From an uncultured Actinomycetes bacterium (GTDB taxonomy: Bacteria > Actinomycetota > UBA4738 > HRBIN12), in contig CAVOYV010000008.1 of the NCBI GenBank assembly GCA_963700855.1, positions 93,255-157,254 of the forward strand: a DNA stretch of 64,000 nt, written 5' to 3'. A program made the translations under genes and the position numbers. Numbering within the stretch: position 1 is the stretch's first letter; every line of letters begins with the position of its first letter. The notes beneath the pieces were generated by a model that was given only the letters and a program-made list of their open reading frames with translations, made no database searches and was not told where the DNA came from. Shown here in pieces: positions 29,410-39,058 of the stretch.

Positions 29410-30485
29410 GGCTCAGCCCTCCTGTGGATCGGTCGTGGGCGCTTCGGCGGGCACGGGCCCGGTCGCCTCGGTCGCCTCGGGCTCGGGGGTACCTCGGTCG
29501 CCTCGGGCTCGGGGGTCACCTCGGTCGCCTCGGGCTCGGGGGTCACCTCGGTCGCCTCGGGCTCGGCGGTCACCTCGGTCGCCTCGGGCTCGGCGGTGGT
29601 GGCCTCGGGCGCGATCTCAAGCTCGATCTCCGGCGCCGTCTCCGCCTCCGGGACGTCGGGCTCGAACACCGTGCTCGCGGCGATCGCCGCAGCCTCCTCA
29701 GCCGAGGGCGTCTCATCGACCGCGGCCGGCGCGGCCTGGGGCTTCGGGCCCGAAGGCGCGGTGGGGCTCGGCGCGGTCACGCGCTCGACGACCTCCTCCT
29801 TCGCCATCCCGTAGCCCTCCGCGAGGGCGTCCGCTATCACCCGTGTGACCAGGTTCACGGCGCGGATCGCGTCGTCGTTGCCGGGGATCACGTAGTCGAC
29901 CTCATCCGGGTCGCAGTTGGTGTCCACGATCGCGATCACCGGGATGTTCAGCTTGCGCGCCTCCGTGACGGCGATGTGCTCCTTCTTCGTGTCGATCACG
30001 AACACCGCGTCGGGCAGCCGCTCCATCGTCTGGATCCCGCCGAGGTTGCGCTCGAGCTTCTCGCGCTCGTGACGCAGGCGGATCGCCTCCTTCTTCAGCA
30101 GGCGGTCCATCGCGCCCGTCTCGTCCATCTCGCGCAGCTCACGCAAACGCATCAGACGGCCCTTGATCGTCGTGAAGTTGGTGAGCATGCCACCGAGCCA
30201 GCGGTTGTTCACGTAGGGCATGCCCATGCGCCCCGCCTGCTCCTCGACGACTTCCTGGGCCTGCTTCTTCGTCCCGATGAACAGCACGACGCCGCGGCGG
30301 CGACCCAGCTGCTGGACGAAGGCGTAGGCCTCCTCGAGTCCCGACAGGGATTTCTCGAGGTCGATGATGTAGATGCCGGACCGCTCCCCGAACAGGTACC
30401 GGTGCATCTTCGGGTTCCACCGACGGGTCTGGTGGCCGAAGTGCACGCCCGCCTCGAGGAGCTCCCGCCTGGTGACGACAGGCAC
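29406..30485 (-). CDS. rpsB: 30S ribosomal protein S2 with long acidic repeat-containing C-terminal extension
   Basis: 359-aa ORF with [19 protein letters not shown] and a conserved S2 core of ~240 aa. After the core comes an E/P/A/T-rich tail with (EPEATEVTP)n. The last 27 codons look frameshifted. Confidence 0.95.
   Translation of the reverse strand: MPVVTRRELLEAGVHFGHQTRRWNPKMHRYLFGERSGIYIIDLEKSLSGLEEAYAFVQQLGRRRGVVLFIGTKKQAQEVVEEQAGRMGMPYVNNRWLGGMLTNFTTIKGRLMRLRELREMDETGAMDRLLKKEAIRLRHEREKLERNLGGIQTMERLPDAVFVIDTKKEHIAVTEARKLNIPVIAIVDTNCDPDEVDYVIPGNDDAIRAVNLVTRVIADALAEGYGMAKEEVVERVTAPSPTAPSGPKPQAAPAAVDETPSAEEAAAIAASTVFEPDVPEAETAPEIELEIAPEATTAEPEATEVTAEPEATEVTPEPEATEVTPEPEATEVPPSPRRPRRPGPCPPKRPRPIHRRAEP
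29461..29597. repeat. 27-bp in-frame tandem repeat (~4.5 copies) inside the rpsB tail
   Basis: Units GGTCGCCTCGGGCTCGGGGGTCACCTC lie at 29496, 29523 and 29550 (the last has one substitution). The unit at 29470 is 26 bp (missing one C), and partial units lie at both ends. Confidence 0.9.
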
Positions 30486-30628
30486 GAGCGACTCCTTCCG
30501 GTTGTTCTCCTCCGCCCGGTTCGCCCCGTGCCGGCCCGCTCGATCATGAGCGGGACCCCGGCGACGGTCCCCGGGCGTGTGTGCTCGGCGCGGGTTGCGC
30601 CGGCGGGCCGCAGTCTACCAGCGGGGGT

Positions 30629-31570
30629 TCAGCGGCGGCCCCGCGCGGCAGGCGCCGGGCGAGGAGGGGGCTCGGGGGTGAGCGCAGCCACCGACAGGTA
30701 CCGGAAGACGAAGGTCACGGCGACCGCGACGTGCAGCAGGTTCACCACCACCGACACCACCCAGGCGAACGCGGACGGGTTCACGCCGACCGCTCCGCCG
30801 GGGATCGCCGCCAGCAGGAGGGCCAGCGATCCGAGTGCGTAGAGGACCGCGAGCCACAGGTTCGACGAGCCCGGCATCCGCGCCATGCGGATCGCCCGGC
30901 GCATCGTGTCGGGCAGACCCCGATCCTCGTCGGCCGCGACCGCGGGGGCGAACGCGAACAGGTAAACGCCGGCGGTGATCGACGCGACGAACGCCAGCAG
31001 ACCGAGCCCGGGGCCCAGGAAGACCGACACGATGTTGCCGATGATGAGGATCGCGAGCCCCGAGAAGCTGACCGTGAAGGTCGTGGGCAGGACCCGCAAC
31101 GCACGTCGCAGGCTCCAGGAAGTCACCGTCCCCGTCCGGAGCCGCTCCACCGACACCGTTGCGACGAGGGCCAGGACCACCGCCCGCACGAACACGAACC
31201 CGAACACCCCGAACGCCGAGAGCAGTCCCTCACGGAACACCTGTCCGCTCAGCTGCGTGTCGACGAACGTCCCGACCGGGGGCACCGCGAACAGCGCCCC
31301 GAGGAGCGTGAAGGGGCCCTGGAAGCCGGCGGCGAGCAACGCGAGCCATAGTCCGAGCAGCGCGGCCGGGACCCCGAACACGAGGGCGGGCGTGGAGATC
31401 GTGAGGACGACCCCGCGTGCGAACGTGGTGCGAAGCCGTGGCATCGGCGTCGACCCCGGGGGCCTCGGCGTCAACAGCGAGTCGAGGAAGCCGCGCCGCT
31501 CCTGGGACGGCGCCTCCGGCGTGGGATCCCGATACCCGGTCGGGCGAGGCTTGCGGTTACGGTTGGTCAC
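30629..31570 (-). CDS. polytopic membrane protein, unknown function
   Basis: ORF 30629..31687. GTG 31570 overlaps the upstream stop as GTGA. The 313-aa product has ~7 hydrophobic helices. No family recognised. Confidence 0.6.
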   Translation of the reverse strand: MTNRNRKPRPTGYRDPTPEAPSQERRGFLDSLLTPRPPGSTPMPRLRTTFARGVVLTISTPALVFGVPAALLGLWLALLAAGFQGPFTLLGALFAVPPVGTFVDTQLSGQVFREGLLSAFGVFGFVFVRAVVLALVATVSVERLRTGTVTSWSLRRALRVLPTTFTVSFSGLAILIIGNIVSVFLGPGLGLLAFVASITAGVYLFAFAPAVAADEDRGLPDTMRRAIRMARMPGSSNLWLAVLYALGSLALLLAAIPGGAVGVNPSAFAWVVSVVVNLLHVAVAVTFVFRYLSVAALTPEPPPRPAPAARGRR

Positions 31571-33069
31571 GCATCCTCCTGCGGTTCCGCGTCGTCCTCG
31601 ACGGGGATCTCCGTGGGGCCGAGGCGCACCCACAGGGGTCGGCCGACCACGAACAGGGCCGCGGCGACCGCCAGCGCGGCCGCCCACGCGAGGAGCAGCG
31701 CGGGAGGGTCGAGGATCGTGGGGCTGGCCTCCCGGGTGAGGGCGGCTTCCGGGTCATTCACGAGTGCGGCGAGTCCGGCGTCTGCGCCGCCGCGGATCAC
31801 GACGATCACGTCGTCGGCCACGGCGAGTCCCCGGAGCGGCGAGACCGAAGGGCCGCCGTCGGGAGCGGCCACCGACCCTTCCCACACCAGGTCGCCCGTT
31901 GCGAGCTCGAACGCCGCGACCCCGCCGTCGGAGGTCACCAGGACCACGTGCTCCTCCACGACGACGGGCGACGAACGCAGCACGGGGCGGTTGTACGCGT
32001 GATCCCAGACGCGGTCCCCGGTGACGGCGTCGAGCCGGTAGAGCTGGCCGCGGACGTCGGCCACGAGCACAGCGTCATCGGCGACGACAGGGGGTGACGC
32101 CGGGGAGAAGGGGTTGACGTAGGCGTTCAAGTTGGCCCGCCACAGCTCGGAGCCGTCGTCGAGGGAGACGGCACGGACGCTTCCGTCGGCGAGCGCCACG
32201 TAGGCCGCAGCGTCGCCGACGGACGGAGGGCCGGTGGACAGTGCCCCGGTCTGCGGCTCGTAGCGCCACGCCGGCTCCCCATCGGCCAGGGACAACGCGA
32301 CCACCCCCGTCCGGGTGTCGTCGTCCCCGCGGACGGACACGAGGACGAGGTCCCCCGCCTCGGCGGCGGGCGTCTCGAGGAATCCACCGGGATCGGCGGT
32401 CCACAGGACCTGACCGGTCGAGAGCTCGGCGGCCGTGACGGTGCCGTCGATCGTCGGGACGATCACGAGGTCGCCGACGATGGTTACCCCGCTGCGACTC
32501 ACGGCGGGGAGGTCCACGCTCCACGCAGGATCCCCGCCACCCACCGGCACCGCAAGGAGCCGAGGCTGCGTCGGTTCGGTGGCGGATGCTCCGTCGGGCG
32601 TGGCCGACGCGCTCACCGACGCGGAGGGGCTCGGGGACTCCGAGGTGTCGGGCGGGCCGTCGCCCCACCCCTCCGTGAACACCACGATCGGCCCGTCTGG
32701 ACCCCGCGCGATCGCCGGGGAAGCGGAGGGGCCGAGGACACGTTCGATCTCCCAGGCTGCCTCGCCCGACGCAAGGTCGAAGGCCACGACCCTGGTCGGT
32801 CCCGTGGCGACCACGACACCATCACCGATCACGGGCGCCGACAGCCCGTAGGCGCTCCGTGGCCCTTCGGTCTCCTGCCCGATCGCCCATCCGGTGCGGT
32901 AGCCGGGCGCAGGTCCGGTGGCCACCGACCCGAGGTGCGCCGAGTCGCCCTGGAACTGGGTCCAGCCGCTCGAGGTCTGGGCGCCAGCGGTCCCCGTGAG
33001 CCCGAGCGTCGCCGCCAGCACGGCGACGCCCACGAGGGCGATGACGAGGTAGGGACGAACGGGTCGCAA
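31567..33069 (-). CDS. PQQ-like beta-propeller repeat protein with signal peptide and C-terminal TM anchor
   Basis: 500-aa ORF with a signal peptide (LGLTGTAGAQ). Repeated motifs of type DG.V.A.D..TG..LW occur. It has a Ser/Pro linker and a C-terminal hydrophobic helix plus acidic tail. Confidence 0.75.
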   Translation of the reverse strand: MRPVRPYLVIALVGVAVLAATLGLTGTAGAQTSSGWTQFQGDSAHLGSVATGPAPGYRTGWAIGQETEGPRSAYGLSAPVIGDGVVVATGPTRVVAFDLASGEAAWEIERVLGPSASPAIARGPDGPIVVFTEGWGDGPPDTSESPSPSASVSASATPDGASATEPTQPRLLAVPVGGGDPAWSVDLPAVSRSGVTIVGDLVIVPTIDGTVTAAELSTGQVLWTADPGGFLETPAAEAGDLVLVSVRGDDDTRTGVVALSLADGEPAWRYEPQTGALSTGPPSVGDAAAYVALADGSVRAVSLDDGSELWRANLNAYVNPFSPASPPVVADDAVLVADVRGQLYRLDAVTGDRVWDHAYNRPVLRSSPVVVEEHVVLVTSDGGVAAFELATGDLVWEGSVAAPDGGPSVSPLRGLAVADDVIVVIRGGADAGLAALVNDPEAALTREASPTILDPPALLLAWAAALAVAAALFVVGRPLWVRLGPTEIPVEDDAEPQEDA

Positions 33070-33099
33070 GGCTCGCCATCCTACCGGCGCCGCCCGGAC

Positions 33100-33594
33100 T
33101 CAGATCGGCAGCGGCGCCAGCCTCAGGAAACCGCTGACCGACAGAGGCCCGAGATACGTGAGCGGATCGACGTAGGCATCATCCAGCCTCACCCCCAGGT
33201 GGAGGTGCGGAAGAGGGCTCCCCGAATGACCCCATCCGGTCCGGGCGACGGGCATCCCACGGACGACCGGATCTCCCCGCCGTACGTCGAGCGAGTCCAG
33301 CCAGGAATAGGTGGACTCGAGGCCGCCCCCGTGGTCGATCGTCAGGAACAAGCGACCGCCGACCTGCCCGGCGAACGCGACGACGCCGTCAGCGGGCGTG
33401 ACCACGATCGTGCCGGGGGTGACGGCGACGTCGATCCCCCTATGCCCCGACCCGTAGGGCGAGTCCGGAGGGTCGAACCCACGGAGGATGGGCCCCACGA
33501 CGGGCCAGGTCCACTCCCCCGCGGCCCACGCAGGAGGTCCGGTCAGGAGGCACGACGAGAGGAGCACCGAGATGACGAGAAGGATCCGTCGCAT
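33100..33594 (-). CDS. M23 family metallopeptidase (secreted)
   Basis: 164-aa ORF with a signal peptide and the motifs GHRGIDV, TIDHGGG and PHLHLGVR. Confidence 0.88.
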   Translation of the reverse strand: MRRILLVISVLLSSCLLTGPPAWAAGEWTWPVVGPILRGFDPPDSPYGSGHRGIDVAVTPGTIVVTPADGVVAFAGQVGGRLFLTIDHGGGLESTYSWLDSLDVRRGDPVVRGMPVARTGWGHSGSPLPHLHLGVRLDDAYVDPLTYLGPLSVSGFLRLAPLPI

Positions 33595-33667
33595 ACCCGC
33601 GACGCTACCGGCGGAGGCGGGGTCGTTCCGTGACCTGCATCACGTCCTGAGGCAGGTTCCCGGTTGA

Positions 33668-34507
33668 TCAGTCGACCTCGGAGAGCTGACCCCGGAGCGA
33701 CCCGACTGCCTTCGTGTGGATCTGGCAGACCCGTGATTCGGTGACCCCGAGGATCGTGCCGATCTCTGCGAGCGTGAGCCCCTCGAAGTAGTAGAGGGTG
33801 ACGACGATCTTCTCGCGCTCCGACAGCGAGTTGATCGCCGCCGCGAGCAACCCTCGCGTCTCCTGCGACTCGACGCCCCAGCTCGGGTCCAGCCCCTTGT
33901 CCGCGAGGGTGTCCACGAGGGAGACCTGCTCACCCCGGTCGGCGCCGACCGAGACCGTCTCGTCGAGCGCGAGGACCGACACGAACGAGATCTGGGTGAT
34001 GACCTCGTGCAGCTCGCCCAGGGACATCCCGAGCCGTTCCGAGAGTTCCTTCTCGGTCGGCTGACGCTTGAGCATCGACTCGAGGTCGGCGAGCGCCTTC
34101 TCGATCTCGCGCTGCTTGAACCTGACCGACCTCGGGACCCAGTCCATCGAGCGGAGCTCGTCGATGATCGCGCCCCGGATACGAGGGATCGCGTACGTCT
34201 CGAACTTGTTCCCCCGCCCGGGTTCGAACTTCGTCAAGGCGTCGATCAACCCGAACATCCCGTACGAGACGAGGTCGGCCTGCTCCACGGACGATGGAAG
34301 GCCGGTCGCGACCCGGCTCGCCACGTACTTGACCAGGGGCGCGTAGTGCAGGATCAGGCGCTCCCTCGCGTCGGCGTCAGCGGAGCCCTTCCATGCGTGC
34401 CAGATCGCGCCCAATACGTCGTCGACCTGCGGTGGCACGGTCACCACGGGCTCCACCTTGGGGGGGGCGACCTTCGCGACCGTCGCGGTCTTCTTCGCGG
34501 GTGTCAC
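33668..34507 (-). CDS. whiG: FliA/WhiG family RNA polymerase sigma factor
   Basis: 279-aa ORF with region 2 LVSYGMFGLIDALTKFEPGRGNKFETYAIPRIRGAIIDELR and region 4 LTLAEIGTILGVTESRVCQIHTKA. Context next to xerC as in Streptomyces. Confidence 0.85.
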   Translation of the reverse strand: MTPAKKTATVAKVAPPKVEPVVTVPPQVDDVLGAIWHAWKGSADADARERLILHYAPLVKYVASRVATGLPSSVEQADLVSYGMFGLIDALTKFEPGRGNKFETYAIPRIRGAIIDELRSMDWVPRSVRFKQREIEKALADLESMLKRQPTEKELSERLGMSLGELHEVITQISFVSVLALDETVSVGADRGEQVSLVDTLADKGLDPSWGVESQETRGLLAAAINSLSEREKIVVTLYYFEGLTLAEIGTILGVTESRVCQIHTKAVGSLRGQLSEVD

Positions 34508-34510
34508 GAC

Positions 34511-35386
34511 TCAGGCCCTCGGATGGGAACGTTCGTAGGCCTCGAAGAGGCGCGACCGCGAGACGTGCGTGTACCGCTGGGTGGTGGCCACGCTCGCGTG
34601 GCCGAGCAACTCCTGCACCACTCGGATGTCCGCCCCTCCTTCCAGCAGATGCGTCGCGAAAGAGTGCCGCAGGGTGTGCGGAGTTACCCGCCGTCCCTGC
34701 AACGAACCGCGTGCATATCGTTCCACAACTCGGCGGACATCGCGGGTACCCAGCCGAAGATGTCGGCGATTGACGAACATCGCTCGGCCCTGCTCGCCCG
34801 CGAGCCGGGGTCGGCCGATCCGGAGCCACACGTCGACCGCGTCGATCGCGTGATCCGACATCGGGACCTCACGTTCCTTGGAGCCCTTGCCTCGCACGAG
34901 CACCCGTCCCCGAGTCAGGTCAACGGATCCGATCTGCAAGCCGGCGACCTCCGCGACCCTGAGCCCCGACCCGTACAGCAGCTCGAGGATCGCTCGGTCA
35001 CGCAGGACCACCGCTCGTTCGATCGGATCGGCGACCTCGGGAACGGCTGCCTCGGCGAGCGCGATCGCCTCGGGTACCCGAAGGACCGTGGGGAGCCGGT
35101 TGACGACCTTGGGTCGTCCCAGCAACAGCGTCGGGTCACGGTCGACCCGCCCGTCGGCGAGCGCCCACCGATAGAAGGTGCGGATCGCTCCGAGGCGTCG
35201 CGCGAGGGTGGCGCGTGCATAGCCAAGCGTGTGCTGTTGTGCCAGGAAGCGCCGGAGGAGGGCCGCGTCCGCCTGGGTCAAGCTCGAGGCGTCGCGCGTC
35301 AGGAACCGGGCGCAGATGCCGACGTCGTGGCCGTACGCGTCGAGCGTATGCCGAGAGAGACGGCGCTCGAGCCGTAGGTGATCCAC
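34511..35386 (-). CDS. xerC: tyrosine recombinase XerC (5' end probably extends to GTG 35441 across a 1-nt slip)
   Basis: 291-aa ORF with catalytic residues in ELLYGSGLRVAE, HTLRHSFATHLL and LGHASVATTQRYTH. Confidence 0.9.
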   Translation of the reverse strand: MDHLRLERRLSRHTLDAYGHDVGICARFLTRDASSLTQADAALLRRFLAQQHTLGYARATLARRLGAIRTFYRWALADGRVDRDPTLLLGRPKVVNRLPTVLRVPEAIALAEAAVPEVADPIERAVVLRDRAILELLYGSGLRVAEVAGLQIGSVDLTRGRVLVRGKGSKEREVPMSDHAIDAVDVWLRIGRPRLAGEQGRAMFVNRRHLRLGTRDVRRVVERYARGSLQGRRVTPHTLRHSFATHLLEGGADIRVVQELLGHASVATTQRYTHVSRSRLFEAYERSHPRA

Positions 35387-35541
35387 GAAGTCGTCGATCA
35401 GCGCGCGCTCGGACGGGGGGAAGGTCGTCGGGGATCGTCACGGTCCTCTCCAGGCTGGGCCGGTATCGTCCCAGCGCCGCCAGGCTCAAGCAATCACCCT
35501 CCGGACCGACGCCTGCCCCCCGGTCGGAGGGGACTCCTCGC

Positions 35542-36708
35542 TCAGATGGCGGAGGCCGTTCGCTGCGGCCCCGACGTGCGGTGGTCTGCGTCGACGGCCC
35601 GCAGCGTGCGCTCGTACCGACCCGCAGAGGCTCGAACGATGCCGCGGAGCTCGAGTCGGACCAGGGCGGCTACGGCCGCCGGGGTCTTCATGCCCGCCGC
35701 CCTCGCGATCGTCTCGGGGAGCATCGGAGCCACCAGGGCGGCGAGCACGGAGCGCTCGTCGTCGGGGAGCCCGACCGGCGTGACGACCGGCAGGGCGGAC
35801 GGGTCGAATCCGAGGTCCTCGAGGAGATCCCACCCGTCGCGGATCAAGATGGCGCCGTCTCGGATCAGCGCGTGCGGCGTGGCCGACAAGGGACTGGTCA
35901 CCGAACCGGGGACCGCGAACACGTCGAGACCGAGGTCAACCGCGTGCTCGGCGGTGATCTGCGTCCCGCTCCGCTCGCGTCCCTCCACGACCACCACGCC
36001 GCGCGAGAGCGCCGCGATCAGCCGATTGCGGGCGGGGAAGCGCCAGGGCTCCGGGGGAAACCCTGGGGGGTACTCGCTCACCAGCGTCCCCGCGCCCGCG
36101 AGGAGGTCGCGGAAGAGTCCTGCGTTCGTGCGAGGATGCAGCACGTCGATACCCGATCCCAGGACCGCAACCGTTCGTCCGGCCGCGTCGAGGGCGCCCC
36201 GATGCGCCGCGGCGTCGATCCCGAGCGCGCCACCGCTGACCACCCCCACACCTGTCATGGCGAGCGTGAGGCCCATCGCCGTCGCGACCTCCCGACCGGT
36301 GACCGTGGGCCGGCGTGCACCGACGACGGCGATCCGCTGCTCCAGCGGCTCGAGCGCCGCGCCACGGACGAACACCCCCACGGGAGGATCGGCGAGCCGG
36401 GTGAAGGCCGGCCAGTAGTCGACGTCGCCCGGGACCGCGAAGCGAGCCTTCGCCATCCGGAGGTCGTCCCAGATCCGGATCGGACCCGTGGCCTCCAGGT
36501 ACGCGCGGTCGTTGTCGCTGCCCGCCGCACCGACGACGATCGCCCGCAGGCATGCCGAGGCCGACCCCTCCCGCCACGCGAGCGCCCGGACCGCTCGCGG
36601 GCTGATCCCCTGAAGGCACGCGAGCATCAACGCGGCCTCTCGGTCGGCCGACGCCTGCCCGAACCCATCGGGGAACCCCGGGGGAAGTTCCGCCAGGTCA
36701 GCCGGCAC
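35542..36708 (-). CDS. dprA: DNA processing protein DprA
   Basis: Within ORF 35542..37008. GTG 36708 (VPADLAEL) chosen as start. Rossmann-like core VVSGGALGIDAAAHRGAL...FPARNRLIAALS and a C-terminal winged helix. Confidence 0.88.
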   Translation of the reverse strand: MPADLAELPPGFPDGFGQASADREAALMLACLQGISPRAVRALAWREGSASACLRAIVVGAAGSDNDRAYLEATGPIRIWDDLRMAKARFAVPGDVDYWPAFTRLADPPVGVFVRGAALEPLEQRIAVVGARRPTVTGREVATAMGLTLAMTGVGVVSGGALGIDAAAHRGALDAAGRTVAVLGSGIDVLHPRTNAGLFRDLLAGAGTLVSEYPPGFPPEPWRFPARNRLIAALSRGVVVVEGRERSGTQITAEHAVDLGLDVFAVPGSVTSPLSATPHALIRDGAILIRDGWDLLEDLGFDPSALPVVTPVGLPDDERSVLAALVAPMLPETIARAAGMKTPAAVAALVRLELRGIVRASAGRYERTLRAVDADHRTSGPQRTASAI

Positions 36709-38233
36709 GGGCGAGCCCTTCCCGGTCGTCGAACGCCGCACGGAAGGAGAGCGCCTCCACGACGTGCGCGGCGCGCACGTATCCGTCGCCGCCGAGGTCC
36801 GCGATCGTGCGCGCCACCTTGAGCACCCGATCGAACCCCCGGCCGGTGAGCGCCATCGTCTCGACCGCCCGAGCCAAGACGTCGTCGGCGTCATCCGACA
36901 ACTGCACGACCCGGCGTGCCACCGGACCCGGCAGGAACGCGTTGCAGGCGAAACCGATACCGCCGGTGCGGGCTCGCTGGCGTTCTCGAGCGGCCAGGAC
37001 GCGGGCACGCACGACCGCAGAGGGCTCGCCGTCGGCCGCCCCCAACAGCTCGTCCTTCGTGAGACGGGGTACGGCGAGGCGGAGATCGATCCGGTCGAGC
37101 AACGGGCCGGACAGCTTCTGACGGTAGCGCTGGATCTGGTCGGAGCGGCATACGCACGACCTGACCGGATCGCCGTCGAAGCCGCACGGACAGGGGTTGG
37201 CCGCCGCGACCAACATGAACCTGGCCGGGAAGGTCACCGCTCCCGTGGCCCTGGCCACGACGATACGGCCGTCTTCGAGGGGCTGACGGAGCGATTCGAT
37301 CGCGTCGCGTCGGAACTCCGTCAGCTCGTCCAAGAAGAGCACCCCGTGATGCGCAAGGCTCGCCTCCCCGGGACGCAGCGAGGTGGAGCCTCCTCCCAGG
37401 AGGCCGGCGGTCGAGATCGAATGATGAGGTGCGCGGAAGGGACGGGTCCGAAGCAGGCCGCGGCCGGCGAGCAGTCCGGCGACCGAGTGCAGCTGGGTGG
37501 CCTCCAGCGCCTCGTCGTGCGACAGTCCCGGCAGGATCGTCGGGAGGCGCCGGGCCAGCATCGTCTTGCCGGCACCCGGGGAGCCGGCCATCAGGAGGTT
37601 GTGCCCGCCGGCGGCAGCGATCTCGAGCGCCCGACGGGCACCTTCTTGACCTCGCACCTCCGCGAGATCGACGTCGGGTGCGTGATGCGGGTCGTCGACC
37701 GGCTCGATGCGCTGCGGCGTCCACCGTCCGCGCAGGAAGTCCATCACCTCCGCGAGGGTGGCGACCGGCACGACCTGGAGGCCCTCGACCTCGACCGCCT
37801 CGGCGGCGTTGGGGGCGGGCACGACCACCGAGGCCGCGCCCCGTCGGGCCGCCGCGATCGCCGCCGAGATCACGCCGGGCGTGGTGAGGACCTCACCCTT
37901 GAGCGACACCTCGCCGAAGAAGACCACCCCCGCCAGGGCCCGCGCAGGCACCTGTCCTGTGGCGGCGAGCACGGACACGGCGATCGGGAGATCGAGCCCG
38001 GGACCTTCCTTCCGCAGGTTGGCAGGCGCGAGGTTGACGACGATCCGACGGAGCGGCCACTCGCCGCCCGCGTGCTCGACGGCGGGACGGATCCGGTCGC
38101 GGCCGTCGGCCACCGTGGCTCCCGGCAGACCGGTCACCGTCAACGAGGGGAGTCCACGGCCGACGAACGCCTCGACCGTGACCGGATACCCGCCGACCCC
38201 GACCACCGTCACCCCGGTCACCCGTCCGTACAT
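36698..38233 (-). CDS. comM: YifB/ComM family Mg-chelatase-like AAA+ ATPase
   Basis: 511-aa ORF with a Lon-protease-like N-domain, Walker A GSPGAGKT, FLDELTEF, and the C-terminal Mg-chelatase subunit ChlI-like domain. Confidence 0.93.
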   Translation of the reverse strand: MYGRVTGVTVVGVGGYPVTVEAFVGRGLPSLTVTGLPGATVADGRDRIRPAVEHAGGEWPLRRIVVNLAPANLRKEGPGLDLPIAVSVLAATGQVPARALAGVVFFGEVSLKGEVLTTPGVISAAIAAARRGAASVVVPAPNAAEAVEVEGLQVVPVATLAEVMDFLRGRWTPQRIEPVDDPHHAPDVDLAEVRGQEGARRALEIAAAGGHNLLMAGSPGAGKTMLARRLPTILPGLSHDEALEATQLHSVAGLLAGRGLLRTRPFRAPHHSISTAGLLGGGSTSLRPGEASLAHHGVLFLDELTEFRRDAIESLRQPLEDGRIVVARATGAVTFPARFMLVAAANPCPCGFDGDPVRSCVCRSDQIQRYRQKLSGPLLDRIDLRLAVPRLTKDELLGAADGEPSAVVRARVLAARERQRARTGGIGFACNAFLPGPVARRVVQLSDDADDVLARAVETMALTGRGFDRVLKVARTIADLGGDGYVRAAHVVEALSFRAAFDDREGLARAG

Positions 38234-38331
38234 GCGCGTGACGCTACGGGGAACGCCTCGCTCGTTCCGTGACGCCCGTCACATCGAGCGAGCGACACCC
38301 GATGTCTCGACGCTCGGGCTGCGCCGGAACG

Positions 38332-38688
38332 TCAGAACGCGTCCTCGAACAGCTCGACGGTGGCCGAGCCATCGTGGCGGAGCCATACGCTCGCGACATC
38401 GAACCGGACCCTGGGCGCATGGAGACCCCGCTGGAGCAGGAAGACCTCGGCGACCGAGCGCACCTTCCGCTGCTTCCGCGCGTCCACGGCCTCGAACCCG
38501 CCACCGAACGTCCCGCCTCGGCGGGTCTTCACCTCGCATACGACCACGGTGTCCTCACGCCCGAGGACGAGATCGAGCTCACCGACCGAGCACCGCCAGT
38601 TCCGCGCGAGCAACCGGAATCCGCGTTGGAGGTACAGCTGTTCCGCGGCGTGCTCCCCGAGCGTGCCGGTCCGGGACCGTGCGTCCAT
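38332..38688 (-). CDS. yraN: YraN family (UPF0102) endonuclease-like protein
   Basis: 118-aa ORF with GEHAAEQLYLQRGFRLLARNWRCSVGELDLV and VVCEVKTRR. Confidence 0.9.
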   Translation of the reverse strand: MDARSRTGTLGEHAAEQLYLQRGFRLLARNWRCSVGELDLVLGREDTVVVCEVKTRRGGTFGGGFEAVDARKQRKVRSVAEVFLLQRGLHAPRVRFDVASVWLRHDGSATVELFEDAF

Positions 38689-38749
38689 CGGGCGACCCTA
38701 CGCCGTGGGTCCGACACCACAGGCCGATCAGAAGGTCGTTCAGATCGGG

Positions 38750-39058
38750 TCAGGCCGACGGCGCGTCCGGGATCGTCGTCTCGTCACGCCGGAGCTCCTC
38801 GACGTTGACGTCGCGGCGGGTCATGACCCGAACGTTCGACACGAACCGGGCTGGACGGAACATGTCCCAGACCCATGCGTCCTGCAGCTCGACCTGGACC
38901 CAGCCGTCGTCCGCCTTGGTGATGTCGACGCGGTTCGCCAGGTAGAAGCGACGCTCGGTCTCGATCACGAAGGTGAACATCGGCAGGACGTCCCGGTACT
39001 CCCGGTAGAGCTCGAGCTCACGCTCTTCCTCGAAGCGCTCGATGTCGTCGTCCATCAT
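38750..39058 (-). CDS. DUF2469 protein
   Basis: 102-aa ORF with FEEERELELYREYRDVLPMFTFVIETERRFYLAN. This is an actinobacteria-specific family, conserved next to rnhB. Confidence 0.88.
   Translation of the reverse strand: MMDDDIERFEEERELELYREYRDVLPMFTFVIETERRFYLANRVDITKADDGWVQVELQDAWVWDMFRPARFVSNVRVMTRRDVNVEELRRDETTIPDAPSA

Noticed and set aside
29461-29597. The 27-bp direct repeats could be mistaken for a small CRISPR-like array.
   Set aside because: The units are contiguous with no spacers. They are in frame and translate to the EPEATEVTP repeat of the S2 tail. No cas genes are present.
34511-35441. The tyrosine recombinase could mark an integrated mobile element.
   Set aside because: The sequence and context (whiG-xerC-dprA-comM, conserved in actinobacteria) identify it as chromosomal XerC. 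No att-like repeats, tRNA or phage genes are nearby.
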